Shown: in pieces, positions 1-6,864 of the stretch
Layout: each line of letters opens with the position of its first letter
How positions within the stretch are numbered: the stretch's first letter is position 1
Assembly (NCBI GenBank): GCA_046533095.1
Contig: JAJQRA010000035.1
Location: forward strand, 1-32,000
DNA: 32,000 nt
Direction: 5' to 3'
Source: Lachnospiraceae bacterium ZAX-1
Lineage (GTDB): Bacteria; Bacillota; Clostridia; Lachnospirales; Lachnospiraceae
Program-made: the position numbers and the translations under genes
The notes under the pieces: generated by a model
Databases searched by the model: none
What the model was told of the DNA's origin: nothing
The model's input: only the letters and a program-made list of their open reading frames with translations

Positions 1-145
1 TGGATCCGGTCGGCGTTACCACAAGGCTTGACAAGATTCCGTTTTCCCTTATGGATTCCGTCAGCTCTTCCAAATCGCCGAGGTCGTCCCTGGTGTTGAT
101 CGGGTTTTCTATGATATAGCCGATTCCTATTTCCTTTATCTCCAT
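1..145 (-). CDS. ParB-like N-terminal domain protein, 5' part only (gene continues past the window edge)
   Basis: Reverse translation from the ATG at 145 gives MEIKEIGIGYIIENPINTRDDLGDLEELTESIRENGILSSLVVTPTGS. This matches the ParB/Srx-type pattern (I..NP.N.R....L.EL..SI...G.L.P..V). A GGAGGATAAA RBS lies upstream. Confidence 0.55.
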   Translation of the reverse strand, partial: MEIKEIGIGYIIENPINTRDDLGDLEELTESIRENGILSSLVVTPTGS

Positions 146-154
146 TTTATCCTC

Positions 155-352
155 CTATTTTAATATCCTGTCCGAACCTCCGGTTGCCAGTGTTCCAGCC
201 CCCAGTGTTTCTGTTGCCAGTGTTCCAGCCCCCAGTGTTTCTGTTGCCAGTGTTCCAGCCCCCGATATTGTGATGACCGGTACAATATTTCCCATATTGA
301 CCAAACGCAAGACTTCATCCCAAGGGATTTCACGCACAATTATTTCACTCAT
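155..352 (-). CDS. Small phage hypothetical protein carrying a 3x GAGTLATETL repeat
   Basis: ORF track 155-361. An ATG at 352 (MSEIIVREIPWDEV...) is preferred over the GTG at 361. The C-terminal half is encoded by the 30-bp tandem repeat. Confidence 0.45.
   Translation of the reverse strand: MSEIIVREIPWDEVLRLVNMGNIVPVITISGAGTLATETLGAGTLATETLGAGTLATGGSDRILK
183..265. repeat. 30-bp tandem repeat, ~2.8 copies (gttgccagtgttccagcccccagtgtttct)
   Basis: Copies at 183-212 and 213-242 are identical. The third copy diverges after ~22 nt. The array is in frame within CDS 155-352. Confidence 0.9.
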
Positions 353-377
353 TTTATGCACCTATCCATTCTATTTC

Positions 378-608
378 TCATTTCCTTGATACAAAATCCC
401 GCCTCCTTGCCCGATTTTGCCATTCGATTTCCTTTTTTAGAAATTCTTCAAAGAGAATCGTGTTAAAAACGATGACGCTGTTTTCCTTTAATGGGTTTTT
501 CTTCCTTGCAAAATTCTGGTTTGGGCGATTAAAGTATTTTCTTAGCTCCAACTTGGAAAATCCAAGCGGTTCTAGCTCGCTCATTTTCATCTGCATTTTT
601 GGGAACAT
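378..608 (-). CDS. Phage hypothetical protein (basic)
   Basis: The ORF is open to 725, but the ATG at 608 follows GGAAAGGAGCGAGGAAA. That start also avoids overlap with the RBS-supported small ORF at 634-783. Confidence 0.4.
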   Translation of the reverse strand: MFPKMQMKMSELEPLGFSKLELRKYFNRPNQNFARKKNPLKENSVIVFNTILFEEFLKKEIEWQNRARRRDFVSRK

Positions 609-633
609 TTTCCTCGCTCCTTTCCGCCTCTCC

Positions 634-783
634 TTATTTTTCTTTGATTTGCTCCGCAAAGCACTCGCGCTCATCTGGGACGTTCCCGTTACAGCAGTTT
701 CTTTTAAAACATCCTTCGCACTCAAAATCGAACCCCTCGTACCGCATCTCCACGGAATAGTCCGCCTCGTATCCTTTGCACAT
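634..783 (-). CDS. Small Cys-rich phage protein (49 aa, below the ORF-track cutoff)
   Basis: Manual translation gives MCKGYEADYSVEMRYEGFDFECEGCFKRNCCNGNVPDERECFAEQIKEK. A strong RBS (GGGAGGTGATATAG) lies directly upstream of the ATG at 783. The ORF packs tightly after the stop of 789-1100. Confidence 0.45.
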   Translation of the reverse strand: MCKGYEADYSVEMRYEGFDFECEGCFKRNCCNGNVPDERECFAEQIKEK

Positions 784-788
784 CTATA

Positions 789-1100
789 TCACCTCCCTAG
801 GCTTTTACAGCCTACAATTTTCCCCTCACTGTCCCTTACTATTTCCGCCGGTACAAGTAGATCTGACCGCAGGGGGTTTGCAGATTTTACTAGCTGCGAC
901 ACGATATAAAATGTACCGTACTGGTAAATTGGCAGTCCCTCGCATTTTCCGAACTTGGTCGTAGTCGTTGGTATATCGCCAATCGGCTCGCAGGCTACGG
1001 TGTCCGACTTGAGCCTTATGCTAATACCAGATACTGGGATTGTTTCTCCCCCAATGATGTTGATGGGGTGCGGTGTTGCGTTAATTATTTTTATTTTCAT
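789..1100 (-). CDS. Phage hypothetical protein
   Basis: 103-aa ORF with AAGGAGGAAAAAA before the ATG. It is packed in the operon with its neighbours. Confidence 0.6.
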   Translation of the reverse strand: MKIKIINATPHPINIIGGETIPVSGISIRLKSDTVACEPIGDIPTTTTKFGKCEGLPIYQYGTFYIVSQLVKSANPLRSDLLVPAEIVRDSEGKIVGCKSLGR

Positions 1101-1122
1101 TTTTTTCCTCCTTGAATTTCAT

Positions 1123-1389
1123 CTAATCCTTTGCGATATAGTCGAGTATAAATTTGGCCACAGCTTCTCTTTCTTCTATTGGCAGGGCGGATAGATCAGG
1201 ATTTTCCGAGTTAAGGATAGCGGCAGTGTACTCGCAGACGCGCTTGTTTTCTAAATAGCCTGTTGCATATTCCCTGTTTCCGCTGTGGTTTATTTCGTCT
1301 TCATTGATCAGGCGGTAGACTGCGTACATTGTTTTACCTCCAATCGAATTGCTTGTTACTTCCCATTTGACTTTCGTTTCTTCGTTCAT
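1123..1389 (-). CDS. Phage hypothetical protein
   Basis: 88-aa ORF with AAGGAGAAGAAA before the ATG. Confidence 0.6.
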   Translation of the reverse strand: MNEETKVKWEVTSNSIGGKTMYAVYRLINEDEINHSGNREYATGYLENKRVCEYTAAILNSENPDLSALPIEEREAVAKFILDYIAKD

Positions 1390-1461
1390 TTTCTTCTCCT
1401 TGATTCGATTTCTATATTTATAGTTGCGTTTTGATATTCTTTCCTTTTGGCATTGAAGAAA

Positions 1462-1659
1462 CTACGCCATAGGCTTGCTTGCTTCTTCAAGGCAGGCTCT
1501 TCTAATGGCACTTGTCGTCAGTGCCATTAGATCTATTGCCTGTAATGCAGAAAATCCTTTCCCTTTTATCCAGTCAAATAGTTCGAACCTTAATTCTTCC
1601 TGCTCGATTGTCAGTGTGTTGTATTTCGGAAAATCTCTCTTTTCCCTTGCTAATTCCAT
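1462..1659 (-). CDS. Phage hypothetical protein
   Basis: 65-aa ORF with GGAGGTGAAAAG before the ATG. Confidence 0.55.
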   Translation of the reverse strand: MELAREKRDFPKYNTLTIEQEELRFELFDWIKGKGFSALQAIDLMALTTSAIRRACLEEASKPMA

Positions 1660-1680
1660 CTTTTCACCTCCTTTGTGTCG

Positions 1681-1809
1681 TTATGGTTTCTTGTTCTTCC
1701 TTATCCATCCCCATAAAATCTGTAGCACAAGGGAATTCATTGTTGTCCCGCGTTCCTTTGCTATTTCCCTCAAACCTCCATGCAGCTCTTCGGGGATCCT
1801 TAGTGTCAT
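1681..1809 (-). CDS. Ribbon-helix-helix (Arc/CopG-like) small DNA-binding protein, 42 aa (below the ORF-track cutoff)
   Basis: Manual translation gives MTLRIPEELHGGLREIAKERGTTMNSLVLQILWGWIRKNKKP. It shows the typical RHH pattern (beta strand (T)LRIPEEL, then helix-helix ...A...G.S.N.......). GAGGAAAAGT precedes the ATG at 1809. Confidence 0.55.
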   Translation of the reverse strand: MTLRIPEELHGGLREIAKERGTTMNSLVLQILWGWIRKNKKP

Positions 1810-2017
1810 ACTTTTCCTCATTCTATCAACTCCCTATGATTGTTTACTTTTTGCGTTCTTTATGGTATCATTACTAATGCAGAAAACGCCGAGCCAAGCC
1901 CCGCCCGGGGGAAGGTGTAACGACTGGACACGGAGCAACCTATTTTTGTAGGCTGAAGGCACAGTCTGAACTCATAGGCGACTATGAGAGCTATGCAGAA
2001 ATGACATAGCCACATCT

Positions 2018-2251
2018 TTATGATGGAGCAACAAATTGGATTAATATGGAAAATAGTAAACATGGCGCACTTAAATTTTTAGTAAACAGCACATTGAAAC
2101 CAGCAACGAGTAAAGCAGCGTCCACGATAGCTAATGAGGCACCTTTAGGCGACAACCCTATTTGCAGTCTCGATGAGGTAAGCAATTGCCCTGCCATGTG
2201 GCAACATGTGGTCTGTACTCCGTAAACTCGGCGAAACTCTGCATTTTTCAT
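2018..2251 (-). CDS. Doubtful 77-aa ORF (possible small membrane protein) inside the coding-poor gap
   Basis: It is the only ORF of 60 aa or more on the operon strand between 1810 and 2288. A GAGGA lies ~9 nt before the ATG and the C-terminal half is hydrophobic. No motif was recognised. The local GC is higher than in the neighbours, so this may be non-coding. Confidence 0.25.
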   Translation of the reverse strand: MKNAEFRRVYGVQTTCCHMAGQLLTSSRLQIGLSPKGASLAIVDAALLVAGFNVLFTKNLSAPCLLFSILIQFVAPS

Positions 2252-2288
2252 TTTTCTACATCCTCATCCCCTTTCAAAACTTGGAAAG

Positions 2289-2486
2289 CTATTCTGGAAT
2301 TAGCAGTTTCTCGGTACTACCATTAACGGTAATCTCTCCATCGCTTAGCAGTTCTATCTTGGGGAACGAATCGGCTAGCCGTGCGGCTTCATTTAAAAGC
2401 TCTACAAGCCGATTCATCTTCTCTAGTACTTCGTCTAGCCCTATGGGCATAATCTGTATATATGCTTCCCCTATTTTGTGTTCCAT
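2289..2486 (-). CDS. Phage hypothetical protein
   Basis: The ORF is open to 2588. The ATG at 2486 (MEHKIGEAY...) follows CAGGAGGTGAAAAG. Confidence 0.5.
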   Translation of the reverse strand: MEHKIGEAYIQIMPIGLDEVLEKMNRLVELLNEAARLADSFPKIELLSDGEITVNGSTEKLLIPE

Positions 2487-2523
2487 CTTTTCACCTCCTG
2501 TGGTGGGGTGCTGTGTTAATATT

Positions 2524-2541
2524 TTATAACTTATAGTTAAC
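2524..2541. promoter_or_regulatory. Operator-like site O3 (TTATAACTTATAGTTAAC)
   Basis: Third copy of the TATAACTT-N-AGTTA dyad motif seen in the switch region. It overlaps the 3' end of the cro-like gene. Confidence 0.45.
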
Positions 2542-2740
2542 TCTTTTGTAAAAAAATAATGTCTTCTGGCACTTTTGCGATATCGCAAAACATTTTGAAT
2601 TGTGCGGGCTTTGGTATGATTTTACCCTTCTCCCAGTTTAAGATCGTGGATTTATTGACCTCCATTTTTCTGGCAATTTCTTCTTGTGTCAATCCTGCAT
2701 TAACCCTTGCGGCCGCTAGACTAATTTTATAATCGCTCAT
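2537..2740 (-). CDS. Cro-like XRE-family HTH protein
   Basis: The sequence is MSDYKISLAAARVNAGLTQEEIARKMEVNKSTILNWEKG, a classic HTH_3 signature. The ATG at 2740 follows CAGGAGGTGGCAAAA; the track start at 2749 is a GTG inside that RBS. The gene is divergent from the CI-like gene. Confidence 0.8.
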   Translation of the reverse strand: MSDYKISLAAARVNAGLTQEEIARKMEVNKSTILNWEKGKIIPKPAQFKMFCDIAKVPEDIIFLQKS

Positions 2741-2760
2741 TTTTGCCACCTCCTGAAAAT

Positions 2761-2789
2761 AGTATATTATAACTTTAAGTTAATGTCAA
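2761..2789 (-). promoter_or_regulatory. Sigma-A-type promoter for the cro-like/early operon (TTGACA-17-TATACT)
   Basis: On the minus strand, the -35 TTGACA is at 2784-2789 and the -10 TATACT is at 2761-2766, with a 17-nt spacer. The spacer is operator O1. Confidence 0.6.
2767..2784. promoter_or_regulatory. Operator O1 (TTATAACTTTAAGTTAAT; core dyad TAACTT-T-AAGTTA)
   Basis: A perfect 13-bp palindrome at 2770-2782 lies in the spacer of the leftward promoter. Confidence 0.55.
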
Positions 2790-2819
2790 TAGGTAAAAGT
2801 TATATTTTTTATTTTATTA

Positions 2820-2848
2820 TTGCATTTCTATAACTTTTAGCTTATACT
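2820..2848 (+). promoter_or_regulatory. Sigma-A-type promoter for the CI-like repressor (TTGCAT-17-TATACT)
   Basis: The -35 is at 2820-2825 and the -10 at 2843-2848, with a 17-nt spacer that contains operator O2. Confidence 0.5.
2828..2846. promoter_or_regulatory. Operator O2 (TCTATAACTTTTAGCTTATA)
   Basis: It shares the TATAACTT..AG.TTA motif with O1 and O3 and lies in the spacer of the rightward promoter. Confidence 0.45.
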
Positions 2849-2878
2849 AGTACTATCAAGATGAAAGCGGGTGATTGA

Positions 2879-3286
2879 ATGCCAGAGAGCGAGCTAAACA
2901 AGATTATATCGGAGAAAATAGCATATTATTTAGAAAGAACCGGAAAAACGCAAGCAGGACTAGCTGATTACATGGGCGTATCTCAAGCTACTGTATCAAA
3001 CTGGTGTAATGGAATTAAGATCCCCAGAATGGACAAGATAGACAATATATGTGCATTTCTTGGCGTAAAACGGTTTGATATAATGAATTCAGATGAAAAA
3101 GGGAAGGAGGACATCCAAGGCTACTACATAAATGACGACGCCAGAGAAATGGCAGAATTCATGTTTCGAAATCCAGAGTACAAGGTATTATTTGATGCTT
3201 CTCGGAAGGTTAAAAAAGAAGATATAGAATTTGTAAAGCAAATGATAGATAGGATGAGGGGAGACACATATGATGATGGATGTTGA
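2879..3286 (+). CDS. CI-like XRE-family repressor
   Basis: The HTH_3 signature is KTQAGLADYMGVSQATVSNWCNGIKIPRMDKI. The gene is divergent from the cro-like gene and overlaps the start of the ImmA-like gene. Confidence 0.8.
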   Translation: MPESELNKIISEKIAYYLERTGKTQAGLADYMGVSQATVSNWCNGIKIPRMDKIDNICAFLGVKRFDIMNSDEKGKEDIQGYYINDDAREMAEFMFRNPEYKVLFDASRKVKKEDIEFVKQMIDRMRGDTYDDGC

Positions 3287-3512
3287 CTGCAAAATAATTA
3301 ATTTACCTACTTCCGTATCGGCTTATACGTTGCCAAGAAATGGAGAAAGCTACACGATCGTTATAAACGCAAACCTGACGTACGAAAGACAATTAATTGC
3401 ATATCAGCATGAATTAGAGCATATTTTGAACGAAGACTTTGAAAAAGATATGGACGCAAATTTAATCGAATTTGAACATCGGATTAAAGAAAATTCAAAA
3501 AATATATCATAA
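3270..3512 (+). CDS. Short ImmA/IrrE-like metallopeptidase (HEXXH)
   Basis: It has the motif YQHELEHI (HEXXH) and sits immediately after, and overlaps, the repressor gene. AGGGGAG precedes the ATG. Confidence 0.6.
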   Translation: MMMDVDCKIINLPTSVSAYTLPRNGESYTIVINANLTYERQLIAYQHELEHILNEDFEKDMDANLIEFEHRIKENSKNIS

Positions 3513-3524
3513 AAGGAGAACAAT

Positions 3525-4262
3525 ATGGGGAAAAAATCAAGAGTTATTCATGCAATATCGTCATTTTTAATTATTTTATCAATAGTGGTTAGTTCGCCAA
3601 TAATTTTGCAAGGATTTGGCTCTAACGACATTGTAAGTAATGCAGAAGCTGCATCAAAAACAAAACTAAATAAGAGTGATATATACATAACGGTTGGAAA
3701 TTCTATAACCTTAAAATTAAGTGGAACTAATAAAAAAGTCACATGGTCTAGCAAGGATAATAAAATTGCCACAGTAAAAAAAGGAAATGTGTTCGCAAAG
3801 AAAAAAGGAAGTACAACCATTACAGCAAAAGTATCTGGAAAAAAATACAATTGTAAAGTTGTTGTAGAAAATCCGTCTATTAATATAAGTAAAAAAAATA
3901 TGGACATAGGAGATTCCGTAACTTTAAAAATAAAAAATACCAAGCAAGATATCAAGTGGTCGTCCAGTAATTCTTCTGTAGCTGAAGTTTTTAGCGATGG
4001 TTGGGTTATCGCATTGGATTATGGAACAGCCGTAATCACTGGAAAAGTCGGAGGGTTAAAGTATAAATGCATTGTTACCGTCAAAAACGCTAATTCTAGC
4101 AGCGATACCAACAACGATGTAAGTAGGACTGTATATGTAACGCCAACTGGAAAAAGATACCATTTCAGTCCGACATGCGGAGGGAAAAATTCAAGAGAAA
4201 GTACATTGAATTATGCAGTAAATACACTCGGATTGACCCCTTGTAAAAAATGTGTGCATTAA
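3525..4262 (+). CDS. Membrane-anchored/secreted protein with two Big_2-type Ig-like repeats and a C-terminal His/Cys motif
   Basis: N-terminal hydrophobic anchor (AISSFLIILSIVVSSPII). Two ~75-aa repeats (..G.S.TLK...T...V.W.SS....A.V...G.V.A...GT..IT.KV.G..Y.C.V.V) typical of Big_2. The C terminus is GKRYHFSPTCGG...LTPCKKCVH. RBS AAAAGGAGAA. Confidence 0.7.
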   Translation: MGKKSRVIHAISSFLIILSIVVSSPIILQGFGSNDIVSNAEAASKTKLNKSDIYITVGNSITLKLSGTNKKVTWSSKDNKIATVKKGNVFAKKKGSTTITAKVSGKKYNCKVVVENPSINISKKNMDIGDSVTLKIKNTKQDIKWSSSNSSVAEVFSDGWVIALDYGTAVITGKVGGLKYKCIVTVKNANSSSDTNNDVSRTVYVTPTGKRYHFSPTCGGKNSRESTLNYAVNTLGLTPCKKCVH

Positions 4263-4344
4263 AATAAAAAAAGAAAAGCGTAGACGTTTTAGTAGAAAAA
4301 TCTATCAATAAAAAGCACTTCGGAAAAATAAGGAGGATATATAA

Positions 4345-4626
4345 ATGGCTAGACTGAACTGCCCAAAATGCAAAGGTACTCAAATACAGCTTTTGTCCAT
4401 AGACAACAACATGAAAGTAAAAAACAAGACAACTATTAATTTAAACCCACTCCATCCATTTACATTAGTAAACACAAAAGAGGTAAAAAAAGAGAAAACT
4501 TCTGGGGCGAAAATCGCGGCAGGGCTAGCGACAGGAGGTGCTTCACTTTTATTCACCGGGACTAAGAAAAAAAATCATAATGAATACTTTTGTTCTGGGT
4601 GTGGAAACAGATGGATCGGGAAGTAG
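4345..4626 (+). CDS. Zinc-ribbon protein with a central Gly/Ala-rich hydrophobic segment
   Basis: CPKC near the N terminus and CSGC near the C terminus. The segment AKIAAGLATGGASLLFTG could be a membrane helix. Strong RBS TAAGGAGGA. Confidence 0.6.
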   Translation: MARLNCPKCKGTQIQLLSIDNNMKVKNKTTINLNPLHPFTLVNTKEVKKEKTSGAKIAAGLATGGASLLFTGTKKKNHNEYFCSGCGNRWIGK

Positions 4627-4638
4627 GTATAGAATAAG

Positions 4639-4667
4639 GGAAGTTGCAAATGTAGCTTCCTATTTTT
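4639..4667 (+). terminator. Probable intrinsic terminator after the zinc-ribbon gene
   Basis: GGAAG...CTTCC stem followed by TATTTTTAT. Confidence 0.45.
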
Positions 4668-4699
4668 ATAAAATCGGACTGTCAAGCAATCTTTGACGG

Positions 4700-4733
4700 T
4701 TCAAAGAGAAAGAAGAAGCCAAAACACAGCTTC
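4700..4733 (-). terminator. Probable intrinsic terminator after the coiled-coil gene
   Basis: On the minus strand, a GAAGC-loop-GCTTC stem is followed by TTCTTTCTCTTT. Confidence 0.4.
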
Positions 4734-4745
4734 CCCTTTGACGAA

Positions 4746-4991
4746 TCAGCTTGCTTTTTCAAGCTGTTCCACCCTTTTGTTTAAATTTTGCAAAGCTTTA
4801 GCCTGATCTAGCATCAAGTTGGTCAGGACATCGAACGAATCCGATAGGTGGTCGAGCCTTGTGGAATGGACTTTCAGCGTGTCCTTGATCTCTGCTACAT
4901 CCGTGGTAAGTTGCGCTACATTTGTAGTAAGCTGCGCTACATCCGTGGTAAGCTTTTCCAGTATGGATAATATCTTTTCTTCGTTATTCAT
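4746..4991 (-). CDS. Coiled-coil protein with 3x LTT(D/N)VA(Q/E) heptad repeat
   Basis: The ATG at 4991 (MNNEEKILSILEKL...) follows TAGGAGGAAACAAG. The sequence has heptad-like periodicity throughout. Confidence 0.55.
   Translation of the reverse strand: MNNEEKILSILEKLTTDVAQLTTNVAQLTTDVAEIKDTLKVHSTRLDHLSDSFDVLTNLMLDQAKALQNLNKRVEQLEKAS
4894..4956. repeat. 21-bp tandem repeat x3 (gctacatccgtggtaagttgc)
   Basis: Three consecutive units with 2-4 mismatches, in frame in CDS 4746-4991. Confidence 0.85.
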
Positions 4992-5293
4992 CTTGTTTCC
5001 TCCTATGTGGTTATTCGTTTCCCATCTCGTCATGGCAAGCCAAGGATTCGCAAGGCAAAAGCGAACAAATACTATATAGTATTGAGGTGGGAAATCCTAT
5101 ACAAATGATAACACGGTTCGTCTAAAATGTAAATTAAACTATAAATTAAAAAGAAAGGAGTGACTTCATGGAAGCAATTAAATTTACTCGGGCGTATTTG
5201 CGTATTACGGCGGGGTACTCCGTTAGAAACTAAGTAGGGCATTACCCCCATACCTAAATCACAAATCACAATTCTAAACGAAAGGAGAAATTT

Positions 5294-6397
5294 ATGGCGA
5301 CAAAATACACAGCGGACAAAAATGGAATATTTTCCACCCTTGTGTGGGACGGCACGTACACCGAGGATGGCTCCAAGCATCGAAAACAGATCCGGTCTAA
5401 GAAGTCCAGCAAGGACTTGGAGAACCTCGTCAAACAGTACCAAAGGGATGTAGAGGAACGCAAGGCGGTAAACTCAACAAATATCTCTTTTTGCGACTAC
5501 GCGGAGCAATGGCTTGCGCTGTACAAAGCAAACAGAGAAATTAACACCATCTATGCGTACAAAAACGTCATGAATGCGCATTTTCCGAAAATTAAGGATG
5601 TAAAGCTAAAGGATATCAGAAGGATGCACCTACAAATGCTCTTAAACGACTGCACACCTACGACCGGAAAGAAATTGTATGTAACTTTTAAGCAAATCGT
5701 CAAGTCGGCTATCATAGACCGCTATCTACCTGCAATCGCTATCGAGGACATTTTTGTAGGGGTAGAATGTCCAAGGCCGATACAAAAAGAGCGACGCACG
5801 CTGACAGCAGCAGAAAAGAAAGCTGTAGAGCATGGCGATTTTCTGGCGATGGACAAAGCTTTTTTATATATCATCTATAGCTGCGGACTAAGAAAAGAAG
5901 AGGCTCTTGCCCTCTCTGTCTTTGATATCGACTTTAAAAAATCGGAGATAAGCATAACCAAAGCTTTAGTTTTTGATGGAAACAATCCAGTGCTCAAGGG
6001 GACAAAGAGCAGCCACGGAGTGCGCAAAGTGCCGATGCCCAAAATGCTGCAAGAATACCTATCAGAGTACATCAAAACCCTGCCAGGCACAAACCTTTTT
6101 TTTATGAAAAATAATCCGCATATGACCAGAGCCGGATATGGCGTGATGTGGAACAGAACCAGGAACGAAATCACCCGATACATCAAAGGAGAGGGACAAA
6201 TTCCAGAAAATCTGACGGCGCACATTTTTAGGCACAACTACTGCTCTATGCTTTGCTATCAGATCCCGACCGTATCAATCAAGCGAATTGCCGCGCTGAT
6301 GGGTGACACGCAAAAGGTCGTGCTGGATACATACGACCATATTATTTTAGATAAGGAGGACGCGCAAAAAGCGGTAGAAAATGCGATTGGATTCTAA
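5294..6397 (+). CDS. int: Tyrosine site-specific integrase (phage integrase family)
   Basis: The catalytic signature is recognisable: GLRKEEALAL (Arg), HIFRHNY (His-x-x-Arg) and VLDTYDH (Tyr). The N-terminal region is of the arm-binding/SAM-like type. RBS GAAAGGAGAAA. Confidence 0.9.
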   Translation: MATKYTADKNGIFSTLVWDGTYTEDGSKHRKQIRSKKSSKDLENLVKQYQRDVEERKAVNSTNISFCDYAEQWLALYKANREINTIYAYKNVMNAHFPKIKDVKLKDIRRMHLQMLLNDCTPTTGKKLYVTFKQIVKSAIIDRYLPAIAIEDIFVGVECPRPIQKERRTLTAAEKKAVEHGDFLAMDKAFLYIIYSCGLRKEEALALSVFDIDFKKSEISITKALVFDGNNPVLKGTKSSHGVRKVPMPKMLQEYLSEYIKTLPGTNLFFMKNNPHMTRAGYGVMWNRTRNEITRYIKGEGQIPENLTAHIFRHNYCSMLCYQIPTVSIKRIAALMGDTQKVVLDTYDHIILDKEDAQKAVENAIGF

Positions 6398-6558
6398 CAG
6401 AAATCTAACTTTTTGTGCCGATCTAACGGAAATCTAAATATTAAAAAGCTATAAAAATGCATAAAAAGAACCATTTTAAAAATAGCAAAAATGACTACAT
6501 ACAGCGTAAACACTGCGTTTTCGGCGATTTTTAAGATTTGAAAATATTGAAATAAATT

Positions 6559-6864
6559 CTACATGCGTTCACCTGGTGTCACATCCCCTGGTGTCACATC
6601 CCCTGGTGTCACATCCCCTGGTGTCACAGTACCAAGTGTCAAGTTTATTGTGATCGGAGCCGAGCTACCTGCAACAATGGAAACTTCCGTTGGCGATATA
6701 CTAATTCCTCCAGTGGATTCAAATCCTGCCTTTGCTACATTCGCATCAAAGGGCACTAGCGAAAGCGTTAAGCATACAGTCATAAGAATTGCAAGTACCC
6801 TCTTCATGTTTAGGCGCTTAAAGCTTAATTCAAATGTCTGTCCAGTATTATTTTGTCCTGTCAT
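6559..6864 (-). CDS. Small secreted protein with C-terminal (TPGDV)x4 repeat
   Basis: The ATG at 6864 follows CAGGAGGAAATAATAT. An internal MKRVLAILMTVCLTLSLVPFDANVAKA looks like a signal peptide; the alternative start at 6807 has no clear RBS. Confidence 0.55.
   Translation of the reverse strand: MTGQNNTGQTFELSFKRLNMKRVLAILMTVCLTLSLVPFDANVAKAGFESTGGISISPTEVSIVAGSSAPITINLTLGTVTPGDVTPGDVTPGDVTPGERM
6572..6628. repeat. 15-bp tandem repeat, ~3.8 copies (cctggtgtcacatcc)
   Basis: Perfect consecutive copies at 6572, 6587 and 6602, plus a partial copy at 6617. In frame at the 3' end of CDS 6559-6864. Confidence 0.95.

Larger units (their letters stand above)
1..6450. mobile_element. Partial prophage / phage-like integrative element (lysogeny and early arm); left end lies outside the window and the right end is only approximate
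   Basis: Tyrosine integrase at 5294-6397. Divergent Cro-like/CI-like HTH pair with an ImmA-like peptidase. A run of tightly packed small leftward ORFs, each with an AGGAGG-type RBS. ParB-like gene at the left edge. The right boundary is inferred only from the end of int plus the AT-rich DNA beyond it. Confidence 0.75.

Noticed and set aside
460-1951. Plus-strand ORFs 460-909, 776-964, 955-1194, 1475-1951 and 1512-1877 in the prophage early region
   Set aside because: They are antisense shadows of the RBS-supported minus-strand operon. Their composition is Leu/Ser/Phe-rich and junk-like, and they have no RBS.
1810-2288. Retron msr/msd or DGR template in the prophage gap
   Set aside because: No reverse transcriptase gene is present anywhere in the window, and there is no second near-identical (VR/TR-like) copy of the segment.
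5072-5463. Minus-strand ORFs overlapping the integrase start, and a 21-codon plus-strand mini-ORF at 5168-5233
   Set aside because: The minus-strand ORFs are antisense to the well-supported int gene. The mini-ORF has an AAAGGAG RBS but is too short and featureless to call.
6398-6558. A tRNA or tmRNA gene as the integration target next to int
   Set aside because: I looked for T-loop-like GGTTCRAATCC motifs and acceptor-stem pairing here and across the window and found none. GGATTCAAATCC at ~6715-6726 lies inside a CDS and lacks a matching stem.
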